Shown piece after piece: positions 11,907 to 23,397 of a DNA stretch of 64,000 bases. This DNA is from Octopus vulgaris (lineage: Eukaryota). Within the stretch, counting starts at the first letter, position 1. Each line of letters begins with the position of its first letter. The notes beneath the pieces are model-generated. The model searched no databases. It was not told where the DNA came from and saw nothing but the letters and a program-made list of their open reading frames with translations. The translations under genes and the position numbers were made by a program. The DNA is taken from the NCBI GenBank assembly GCA_951406725.2, contig OX597822.1, positions 38,378,001 through 38,442,000 of the forward strand, read 5' to 3'.

Positions 11907-13960
11907 AGACAGCATACCTGTGGGGCAGAGACTAGAACATGTCTGTGAATAACTTTATGCTAATTATTCAGGTGGCCCTTCTCTGGATGTCTGTGTATAA
12001 AGCAACAGCACTGTTGGCAATGTGTGAGCAATTTTCCATCTCGGGCCTCATCAGGACTTTGTAGACTACCAACAATTGCTGGGGAATGAAGTATCTCCTG
12101 GTCGTTAAGACAAAAACCAGTCACTGGGATGTGAGCCTAGCTATGTGTTTTCACCAGGAGACATCCTTTGACAATAGCAAGGCCCAACATTTGGAGTGAT
12201 GGCATGCTGCTCATGCTTGACTCTTTTGATACCAACGTGTCTGAAGTCACCTCTAGTTCTAAAATGCAGATCTCAGGTCTTAAAGTAATCCAAGTTAAAA
12301 TCTTCCACTGCATTGGTTGTTAGCTTTGGACGCTACATCCATCAAAACTTCCATACTTCCTGAAATTCACCAACAGTCCACCTGATGTCCCCACTTTTTT
12401 CTTTTGAATAACTCAATTCCTGTGCATTATTCTATTTACTGTTCATGCACTTTTTGCTACTTTTTCTGATGAGCTTTCGTGCAGTTGAGCACTGTATACA
12501 ATAAGTTTGTTAGTATTATTTAAAATTTCAGGTTAATTTATGCTTCAGTTTAATTATAATAGTTGAGTAAATTTTCCATTAATTTTAAAATTCATTGAAA
12601 CAAAGTTGGTATATTTCATCATCATCATAGTCATCGTCGTCATCATCATCATCATCATTATCATCAATTAGCATCTGTTTTCCATGCTGGCATGGGTTAG
12701 ACGGTTTGACTGGAACTGGTAAGCCGAAGAGCTGCACCAGATTCCAGTCTGTTTTGGCCTGGTTTCTACAGTTGGATGCCCTTCTTAATGCCAATCACTC
12801 CACAGAGTGTACCAGATGCCTTTTACATGTCACCAGCATGGGTGCCTTTTATATGGTAATGAAAGGGTTAAGGATAATATGGTGTGATGACAGAGTACTG
12901 GTGGTGGTGGGTTTCTCGATGAATGAAGCAAGATTGACATGGCTCCACTGGAGGATGCTTTTGAAGTCTCCATTCATGGAATCAGTGTAGGTTTGGGATG
13001 TGGTGGTGTCTAGGCTGTGAGTGGATATTGCATGGTTGGGGAAGGTTTAGGGAGCAATGAAGAGTAAGTGTCATATATGTAAGGGTGGGAGATGGATGCG
13101 ATGGCAAGGAGGTCATTGAGGTATTAAAAAAAGGGGAAGGGGATAAAACCAAACTTTGGAGTATGCTAGAGTTGACAGAATGACAAACAAAGATTTCCAA
13201 ATAAGGAAGAGAAAGAGCTGTGTTAGTTCAATCTAACAGGAAGCTATCAAAGCAAGATATGAGTGACAAGCGGAGTCCATAGGCAGGAAGTAGTATCAGT
13301 TGGAGATTTGTTGATGTTGAGGGCAACAACATTGCTTTCACAAATTTCTTTAAGGAGAGAAGTCACTGGTGGATGACATAGAGTGGCTCCCCAATAGATC
13401 TGGATCTGTAGAAACTTTAATGAGAGAGAGATTCAAAATGTTGGAATTCATTGCTGATGTGTGTCACTTATTACCTTAGGGAGTGAATGTGACAGGCTGA
13501 TAGTTAGTGGGGTCACAAGGGTTGATTTTATTTGGAATGGCACATACTGTAGTAGAGTTTCTGAAGATCAGAGCAGATCCCTGCAGAGAAGGAGTGATCG
13601 AATAGTTTGGTAAGTATAGTGGTTAGCACTTGGAGCACAGTGTTTGAGGATAATGGAAGAAATATTGTCAGAGCTGGAGGTGTTGTTTGTTTGAAATGAC
13701 CAGAAGTACTTTAACACTTGGCATATGTGTATGTAAGATGGTGGACCTACAAACATAGAAAGAGAAAATTTGGGAGGAGATTTAGCAAGTGCATGTAGTG
13801 CAGAGTTGGTTGCAAAGTGGGCAGTGAATGCAGAGATGTTCTCCATGGGGTTTTGTGCTTTCAGAATCAGAATTGTGATCCAGCAGACCCCTGTAACTGT
13901 AGGTTATAGTGTGGTCTGATCTGATCCTGCAGGTGCATAGCTGTTGGCAGTTAACCAAAC
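11030..13960 (-). mobile_element. Decayed CR1/L2-group LINE (RT region to 3' end) interrupted by other repeats
   Basis: Minus-strand remnants VCAIPNKINPCDPTNYQPVTF (PIPK...NYRPISL motif) near 13490-13550 and YKVLMRPEMENCSHI near 12020-12065; boundaries approximate. Confidence 0.6.
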
Positions 13961-14651
13961 ACAAACAACCAGGTGAGATTTATAGCTACCAACATATTTA
14001 CCAACAGTTGCTTAATTGTGCACCAAATTGCACTTTCTGACATGCAGTACATAATTATATGTTGTGCATTGCAGCAGTTAGCACATGTATTCTATTTTCT
14101 TGCTATTTAGCTCCAGGTCGTGCCAGTTGTGCAAACCTATGATCACACACATTCCAGAACATTTTATCCCATTTATTCTCCTGATATAGAGCATTCAGGA
14201 CCACATTAGTAAGTGGGAGACATTTGGTTGCTGTTTCTAGCAGGTTGAGTGACTACCTTGAGACACCCACATTTGCTTGTGTCTGCATAATTTGAAGGAG
14301 ACCACAGTGGAGGAAATGAAAGTGAACTCAGTGAAAACATGACAAGTGTTGCTCTACTTCATGTATTATTGTTGAGGCTGTTGAGATTACAGCTATTTCT
14401 GAATGCATGTGAGCTTATGTGAGCTCATGCATGTGAGCTTATGTGAGCTCATGCATGTGAGCTTATGTTTGTCTGGACTGAGTTGGAGAAACAGTGTTGT
14501 TAGGATGGTGTTGTAGATGTGTCTGGATTGAACGGGAGAAATAGCATTGTTAGGAAAGTGTTGCAATAGTGCTGTAGGGTGTTGTAGATATATCTGGATT
14601 GAACGGGAGAGTGTTATTAGGAAGGTATTGTAATAGCATTGTAGATGTGTC

Positions 14652-14863
14652 GTCGAGAGCTGTGGCGCAAGGGTCATACACGGTAGATCGTTTCACCCGG
14701 CTAGGTTCGGAGTCCCCTCGATCGGGGCTGCCCAGAGTGGGTGCCAGGCCCATTCGGAGCTGGCGGCGATCGGCGGTGTTCATCGGCCCTAGAGTCGGGT
14801 TGCTTGGGAACGCAGCCCAAAGCGGGTGGTGAGCTCCATCCAAGGCTAAATACGGGGACAAGA
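14652..14863 (+). rRNA. Orphan 28S (LSU) rRNA fragment, 5' D1 region; non-functional dispersed copy
   Basis: GC-rich island containing GAGTCGGGTTGCTTGGGAACGCAGCCCAAAGCGGGTGGTGAGCTCCATCCAAGGCTAAATAC, the conserved eukaryotic LSU segment that follows D1; no other rDNA nearby. Confidence 0.88.
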
Positions 14864-15714
14864 TAGTGTTGTTAGGATGGTGTTGTAGTTGTGTTTTGGT
14901 GTGTCATGTATGTGTGGATAGGTGTGTTTGTATGTATCTGCTCATTTAGAGTGATTGGTAATGATGATGGTGTTATACCCAACAGAATGAAAACATGTGT
15001 AATTAATTCAAATAATTCTCAAACCAAAGGAACAAAACTCTAAAATAACAGAACACACAGATGTTTGGGCTGACATTTTGATAGAAAAATGGCATTTCAC
15101 AGGTGGAATAAGAATTTCTTTTCTTATTCTTTGTTTTTATCTCCTTTTTTCACAAAAATCCTTGGATCAATATTGAACCAGCAAAGCTTTGCATAGTAAT
15201 CATTGACATTCTCCCACAGATGCTCGTTTGAATAACAAGACTTGATGCCACATTTTGCATGTGTTCAAGGTTGTTGATGCTTGGAATTCTATAAGCATCA
15301 AACCAGATATAATATGATTGTTTGGAGTCAAATCAGCAAGAATTTATAAATGTTTAATTGCAAAAGTATTTTGCATACTAACATAATGTGTGAGTGTGTT
15401 GTATACATACAGAAAGAAGGAGAGAAAGTGAGAGAAAGTAGAGAGAGAGGGCGGTGAGAGTGGTGTGATGCAGCATCTACACAAATGGAAATGGCTTACT
15501 CATTGAAATTCAAAAGCAATGTTTTGTAATTTTACTAAAGGTTAGATGGTTAGCACGTGGATGGCAAGGTCATTTGAGTTCCTGACAAGATAAACCACAT
15601 GGTGGCATTCTGTTGTTGCTCTGTAAGTCATGTGTTCAAATCTTTCTGGGGTTGATAAACTAGAACACCAGTCATACACAAGGTTTTGTGCATAGATTAC
15701 AAATTCTTCTTTCT

Positions 15715-16168
15715 GTTAGTGGAGCGTTAAAAGCACCATCTGAGCATGATCGTTGCCAGAGCAACAAACTGGCTTCTGCCCCGGTGGCATGTAAAAAGTG
15801 CTATTCGAGCGTGATCATTATCAGTGTTGCCTTACTAGCACTTGTGCTGGTGGCACATGAAAAAAACATTCGAGTGAGGTCATTGCCAGTGCTGCTGGAC
15901 TGGCTCCTGTGCAGGTGGCACGTAAAAAACACTATTTGAGCGTGGCCGTTGCCAGTACGGCCTGACTGGCCCTCGTGCCAGTGGCACGTAAAAGCACCCA
16001 CTATACTCTTGGAGTAGTTGGCGTTAGGAAGGGCATCCAGCTGTAGAAACTCTGCCAGATCAGATTGGAGCCTGGTGCAGCCATCTGGTTTGCCAGTCCT
16101 CAGTCAAATCGTCCAACCCATGCTATCATGGAAAGCGAATGTTAAACGATGATGATGATGATGATGAT
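15715..16168 (+). mobile_element. RTE 3'-tail-derived repeat; related copies at about 30900-31545(-), 21505-21850(-), 12665-12850(-), 46590-46760(-)
   Basis: Matches 27835-28262 (AAAAGCACCC...GGCGTTAGGAAGGGCATCCAGC...AACGATGATGAT). Confidence 0.8.
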
Positions 16169-17817
16169 ATCCATTGAGGACTGTGCATTAATAGAATCAA
16201 CTGAGGGTTGAACATTTCATTATATACTGTTATGTTTGATGAGTGTTAGAAATGAGTTCAGCAAAGAATTTAGCAAGCTGGTTGGTGTCTTCCATAGCTA
16301 TCATTTTCCTGCTGTTTATTATAGTTCTGCAGGCTACAATGAAAGAGTTTAAGACCAAGTTCCTTTTGGTGACTCTGTTGAAGTTTTAAAAAGGAAATTC
16401 CGAACATGGAATCAAAGTCTAGAATCTTTAAAAAAAATCTAGTAAAGACGTAAGTTAATAGGAAAGAAAACAAGAATCTGATAACATCTGGAAAGTGGAC
16501 ATGTTTGATATACAGAAAAAGGAGCAGACTGGAATTTCATATGTTGTATCCAATGTAAACAATGAGTGTACAAAAAGGAGTAGATGAAGGATTATCATTT
16601 AATGCCCATTAGATGATCATTTAATGCCCATGTTCCATTCTGGCTTGGTTTGAACAGTTTTGCAGGATCTAATAGGCCCAAGGGCAACATCATGCTTCAG
16701 TGTCTGCTTTGGCATGGTTTGTATAACTGGATGTCTTTCCTAATGCCAACCACTTTACAGCATGGACTGGGTGCTTTTTTCATGCGACTGGTCTATTTGA
16801 GTCACCATCCAGCTCACAGGACTACAAGCCCAGGGAGAAGGGGAGAGGTGAGGATCAGCTTCAAGCTAGGGGATGATGGAATTAAAATATGAGAAGAGGG
16901 AGTCAGAGCAGAGTCTTGTGGAAGTTGCATGGCTACTCACATGTATTAGAGGAAGAGGAGACAGAAACAATGATCAGTTAGAGCTGTGAGAGATAGATAA
17001 CAACAATAGGGTCTCCAGGTGGTCCACAAGGTACAAGGTAAGTAGAAGATTCAGTCTGCAAGATTGTTTGGGAAGGAGATAGGAGATGAAAGGATGGAGA
17101 AGCAGTCTGAAAAATAGATTTCATGTGTAGCAAATGCATGGGGTTAGTTAGCAGGAAAAACATTCATGAAATAAATTCCTTCAAATAATCGACAGTTTCT
17201 TTTAAGTAGGTGATCTAAATAATCTCAAAGAGTTTGTCACAAATGTAGTTTGTAGATAAGGCTGCACATAAATGATGTAACAACAGCATGTGAACATTTA
17301 ATAGTAACTTTTATTTTAACAACCAAGTAATTTTCAGGTTGGTCATAAATTAGAAAGTTTCCATAACAACTCAATGTAATTGAAAGAACAATTCTGTAGC
17401 ATTCATAAATGGTTGGTTAAAAAGGCTCTGTACTTAAGCTTGTCAAGACAGGAGGAAACATACACATTAGATTCATGTTGTAGTTCTGCAGGCCACAACA
17501 AAGGAGTTTAAGACTGGCTGTTTGTAGGAATAAGTGTACAAAAAAGGGTAGATGAAGGATTTTATCATTATCATTTAATGTCCATGTTCCATTCTAGAGA
17601 ACATTGACCATCTATAATGACATATCCAGGTTGAGTAAAAATCAGGAAAATGGCCATTATAAATGGCAAGAGAGTGTCAAGTTGGACCATGGGCTGGAAA
17701 ACACTGAAGGTTGGTATTAAAGATAAGCCTTTATATAACTCTTGAAGGATCTAGAATGATTTATTACATGAAGTCTGGCTGCTGGTTGGGATTTGCTGTT
17801 TGAGTGAAAGGGAGATA

Positions 17818-17873
<56 letters not shown>

Positions 17874-18559
17874 TTGGTATCTTGTCTTGACATAGCATAA
17901 TTGTTGTAAGTGAGTGTCACTGTCATACAAGTGGTGTCTTTCATTTCCAATCTTTCAAATCATATCCAGCTATGGGGAAATATCATGTCACTACAAAACA
18001 AGTGGGGCTTGGTGACAGGAAGGGCATCCAGCTGCAGCAAAAATCTGCCTCAGTAAATTTCACCAGACCCATGCACGGACAGAAAAGAGAATGTTCAAAC
18101 AGGGATGATTGTTTACTCTTTCAGATTTTATTTATGAGGCAAATGAAGATATAGAGGGAAGCGCCCTCTGGTGGCTTTCTTAAAAGGTTGGTCAAACTGT
18201 GATAAAATGATTAGGGTGAATGGAACTACATTAAGCATGTCCCCGTTGGTTGGTGAACAACAGTTTGGTGAAGGTTCACGCCCTTGATGATCAAGGAGAT
18301 CTTGGATCTGCAGGGTTCCTTGACTGGCCCTTGTTAGAGGCACTCCTGTTTCAAAACTGCATTCTCTATGTATTCATATATTTTGTATCCTATATATATA
18401 TATATATCTCATCTCATCTCATTGCTCTTCAGTCTTTTTCTTTCTATCCTGATTTCATTTAAGCCCTTACACAAACTGTATCCTATCTTGCCGTGTCCTC
18501 ATCTGATACCTCTGTGGCAGAATAAATCATCATCATCATCTTTATTATTATTATTACTA

Positions 18560-19570
18560 TTATTCCTATTTAAGATGTCACACAGTATCCAATATCGTGA
18601 GGTTGTTGATTGAAGATATTGTGTCTACTGCGGGCTTGTACTGTTTGTCAAATCATAATAAGGACCTCAGACAGTCAGTACTTTACGCAATATACGTGCA
18701 GTTCCAAGTAATACTGACTTTTGCAATACACCAAGATTGTAGGGTACTTCTAAAGTTTTCAGATGTTTTTTCAGATTGGGTGGTATTGAACCCAATGCTC
18801 TGATGACAATAGGGTTAACCTCTATTTTGACTCTCATAGCTTCAACATCTTAGCAATCTCAATTCTCAGGTCTCCATATTTATCAACCTTTTCTCTTTCA
18901 TTCATGATGATATGTTGATCCCTTGGCACTGCCACCTCAATTATTAAGCACTCTTGTTTGTCCCTCCTAAAGGTTACTATATCCAGCCTTCAGTATTCTA
19001 ATACCTTGTCTGTTTAGAAGGATTTTTGCCTTTCCCTTTTTGTCCATTACCTTTTCTGGTGTATGTTGGTACTAAGCACCCATAACCTCGTATTCATACT
19101 TAGGGCATTGTAGCCAGTGGAGGTTTTGGGGTACCTTGTCGTGTCTACACTTGTACTCTTTCTGCGCAAGACTTTCACAAGCACTAACATTGTAAGTCAT
19201 GCTTTTGACCCTCTTCCCACAAATTCTGCAGAGGTTTGTTGCACTTGTGTGGTATATATTCTTTTTCACTGAGTTGGTTTTCAATGCCTGGTCATGGGCA
19301 GCAATGATTAGGCTTTCAGTATTCTTTTTTAGGTCACCCTTGTTAAGCCATCTCCACGATGCTTCCAGGTCTTTTAATTTGTTGGTTTCACGGTGGAACT
19401 GACTATGTAATTCCATGTGGAGTAGGGTTTCTTCTCTCTCGTTGGCTGTTCTTGATCAGAATTCATGAACACTCTCAAATACATTTTTGTTAAATCCTTC
19501 TGCAGTAGCAGCATACTGTAGCAGGTCTTGTTTGCTGTTTACCAAATATTCTGCTATGTTTCTTCTTTTG
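18560..19570 (-). mobile_element. 3' fragment of a restriction-like-endonuclease LINE (R4/Dong-like)
   Basis: SWRWLNKGDLKKNTESLIIAAHDQALKTN, CRIC...(Y)NVSAC knuckle remnant, YKCRHDKV, then LDIV...IIEVAVP...KVDKY; 3' end abuts a TAA/TGA microsatellite, the known target type of Dong/R4 elements. Confidence 0.82.
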
Positions 19571-19574
19571 TGGT

Positions 19575-20009
19575 GAGTTGGCAGAATCATTAGCACACCA
19601 GACAAAATGCTTAGAGGTATTTCATCTGACTTTATGTTCTGAGTTCAAATGCTGCTGAGGTTGGCTTTGCCTTTCATCCTTTTAGGATTGATAAATTAAA
19701 CACCAGTCAAGTATTGGGGTCAGTGTGATCAACTTACTCCCCCCACCCAAATTTCAGGCCTTGTACCTATAGTAGAAAGGATTATTATTATTATTATTAT
19801 TAAGGTGGTAGAATCTTTAGTATGCTAGGAAAAATGCTTAGTGGTATTTCGTCTGCTGCTCATTCTGAGTTCAAATTCTATCGAGGTTGACTTTGCCTTT
19901 CATCCTTTTGGGATCAATAAATTAAGTACCAGTGAAACACTGGGGTCAATGTAATCGACTAGTCCCCTCCCCCAAAACTTCAGGACTTGTGCCTTTAGTA
20001 GAAAGGATG

Positions 20010-20047
<38 letters not shown>

Positions 20048-20653
20048 CATTAAGGCAGCAAGTTAGCAGAACTGTTATGGTGCTGGAAAAAAATGCTTGG
20101 CAGTATGTCTTCTGACTTTAATTTCTGAGATCAAATTTTGCCAAGGTTGACTTTGCCTTTCAGCTTTTCAGGGTTGATAAATACCCCTCCTCCAAAATTG
20201 CTGGCCTTGTGCCAAATTTTGAAACTATTGTTTTTATTTTAATGATTATTATTTGATGAAAACTTTCAGCTTTATTTTGATGGGTATAATGGAAAGTGTC
20301 AGCTGTCCACAGACAGCAGACTAGGGTGACACTTGTTTACTGGTCATGTTTCAAGAACCCTGCGAAGAACTCTCACAGTTCCAAGCAATGATAATCTTTG
20401 TAGGTGTTCTACCAGTCGTTTTGAGCCATGTTGGCAGCTGAGTGCTGATTATTCCAAGCTCACCTATTATTATTGGTATCATTATCATCATTATTATTAC
20501 TATTATTATTATTATTATTAAAGTCCGCCAAGGTTGACTTTGCCTTTCATCTTTTTGAGGTCAATAAATTAAGTACCAGCGAAACACTTGGGTCTATGTA
20601 ATCAACTAGTTCCCTCCCCCCAAATTTCAGGCCTTGTGCCTTTAGCAGAAAGG

Positions 20654-20689
<36 letters not shown>

Positions 20690-20690
20690 G
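19575..20690 (+). mobile_element. Tandem cluster of SINE family B separated by (TTA)n; other clusters at about 34820-35640(-), 54365-55010(+), 58625-59050(-), 61105-61790(+)
   Basis: Repeated unit of about 220 bp GAGCTGGCAGAATCGTTAG...TGAGTTCAAATTC...GACTTTGCCTTTCATCC...GGCCTTGTGCC with B-box-like GAGTTCAAAT. Confidence 0.8.
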
Positions 20691-22732
20691 ACTTGAAACA
20701 AATTATCCTTGTCTGTTGTAAGAGGAAGTTGAAATTGATAACAAGAAGGACATTTAGACTTTCAATGGGCTTTGCAAAGCTAACCCTCATTTTAATATGG
20801 AAAATAGCTTTAAAACTTTTCTCATAGCATTTGTATTAACCTGAAACAAATTAAAAAACATGTTCAGTAAGAATGAAATAAAATACAGCTCAATTTTAAT
20901 GAAAATATGTTGAGGTTATTAACCAGAGAGTTCGTTTTCAGTTTGCTCTCAGAATTAACAAATACTTGGTTGGGGAATTAACTTACAAAAAATGCCAACA
21001 TTTTAACATTATTTTGAGACAATAAAAAATTTTGAGTGTTTATTTGCAATTAACCAGGTAAAGCTATAGTAAAGGTGCACCTGGTTATTGTATTTATTTA
21101 TATGTGCATATATAATTACACAGCAACATCTGGTTTACCTCACACATTCAGTGGCAGAACATGTAAATTACTTGGAGGTTTTCATCTGACGTGATCATAA
21201 TAGGACTGGCTCATCAGGTGTTTTTATGAAAACTATAACCAAGGAGCCAATGAGAGAGATTATACACCTGAGATCAGCAATGTCTTGTCACTGCCCACTT
21301 TTGATAATTTTTACATTTGCTTAGAGCCCAGAGCTGAGTGGTCAGAAGTTTACTTCCCACATATGTTGTTCTGGGTTCAGTCCCATTGCATGGCACCTTT
21401 GGCAATGTCTTCTACTATATCCCTAGGTTGACCAAAACTCTATGAGTGGATTTGGTAGTCAAAAACTGAAAGAAGCTGGTTAATACACACACACACACAC
21501 ACATCATCATCATCATTTAACATCCGTTGTCCATGCTGGCATGAGTTGGACAGTTTGATTGGGCTGGCATGCTGGAAGGCTGCACTAGACTCCAGTCTGA
21601 TTTGGCATGGTCTTCTACAGCTGGATACCCTTCCTAATGCTAACCACTCCAAGAGTGTAACAGGTGCTTTTAAGTGCCACTGGCATGGGTGCCAATTTGC
21701 ATGACACTAGTATCTGCCATGACTTCAATTTTGCTCAGCTTGATGGGTTTCTTCTCAAGCATGACATAATGCTAAAGATCTTTGTCATTGCCTTCATGAG
21801 GCCCAACACTCGAAAGGTGTACTTTACATGCTACAAGCACAGGTGCACTTGATGGGTCCCCTCAAGCACAGCACATCGCTAAAAGTCTTGGTCATTAGTC
21901 ATTGTTCTGTGAAGCTCAAAGTTTGAAGATCATGCTTCACCACCTCGTATATACACACACACACATACATATATCCAATCCAATCTCACTTTCTGTACAT
22001 GGACAACATAAACTTGAAAAGAAGAACTAGTCTACATCATTGAATATTGTCAGTGTCGCAGGCTTTCTCTGAGTTTCCCTCTCCTAAAGAGATGTTTTGA
22101 CAACAACAGGAGGGCCTCCCACTCCTGATGGGCCAACCATGTGCTTGGACACCAGCCCAGGTGTTTCCTTTTCCCACTATAAAAAATCATCATGTACAGG
22201 CATCTATTGAGAGAAAAGTAAAACCTATCACAAAAATGGCTGGTTGTAGCCTTCGCATGGAACATTTGATAAGGCGATGGCAATACTCAAACACAAGTTT
22301 GCAGCCATCACATACACACACACACATATATATATATATGCACATAGATATGAACTTATATATATTCATGCATACATACATAGAGTGGCTGTGTGGTAAG
22401 TAGCTTGTTTACCAACCACACGGTTCCGGGTTCAGTCACACTGCATGGCACCTTGGGCAAGTGTCTTCTACTATAGCTTCGGGCTGACCAAAGCCTTGTG
22501 AGTGGATTTGGTAGATGGAAACTGAAAGAAGCCTGTCGTATATATGTATATATATATATGTGTGTGTGTCTGTGTTTGTTCCCCCAACATTGCTTGACAA
22601 CCGATGGTGGTGTGTTTGCGTCCCTGTAACCTAGTGGTTCGGCAAAAGAGACCGATAGAATAAGTACTAAAGGCAGTACTCCAGCATGGCCGCAGTCAAA
22701 AGACTGAAACAAGTAAAAGAGTAGGAGTATAT

Positions 22733-22784
<52 letters not shown>

Positions 22785-22829
22785 GGTGCTGAAAAGTTCC
22801 TGGCTTTAAGCGTATCACGAAGGGACATC

Positions 22830-23250
22830 AATACTAAGCCGTGTCCCCCCCAGGGGACTATATTGGGACCACTACTGTGTATGACTACTGACATACCCTC
22901 AACCATATAGTCAGTCACTCTCACCAGCTATGCTAGTGATACAGAAGTATGACAAATAGTCAAGGACCCTGATGACAGATGTAAAAGCTGCAGAAAGACC
23001 TGAATGCAGTATCTAAGTGGGTTGAAGAAAACAATATGCAATCCAGTGCAGAGAAACTTCAAGTTTTCTGCTAGTGACCCACAAATATTGAAATCAAAAT
23101 ATGCTGACTCGGTGGCCATTACAATCTTAGTGTGTGACTTGGGAATTCACATGAGTAATGATGCATCATTCCATGTGTTTGTTACTATGATGACAATAAT
23201 GTGCTGATGACTGTCTGGTTGGATTCTGAGATCATGCACTGTTAAGGATA
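22830..23250 (+). mobile_element. Short CR1-like RT remnant
   Basis: PQGTILGPLL near 22848-22877, YASDTEV (FADDTK-like) and DLGIHMSNDASF. Confidence 0.5.
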
Positions 23251-23397
23251 AAATGATGATGATATTAGATTCTATTTAACACTAACATAAATGATACTAC
23301 ACATTAACTCTGTTGCACTATATGCACACACCGATATCTTGAGCTGCCCCACTCCCTCTTTCACTTTCTCCCCACTTACACTCACTATGATTCAGAT

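Noticed and set aside
12466-12510. CTGATGAG hammerhead-like start
   Set aside because: No stem II followed by GAAA; it resembles a repeat tail also seen near 55752.
14550-14861. GC-rich ORFs on both strands
   Set aside because: Translations of the 28S rRNA fragment.
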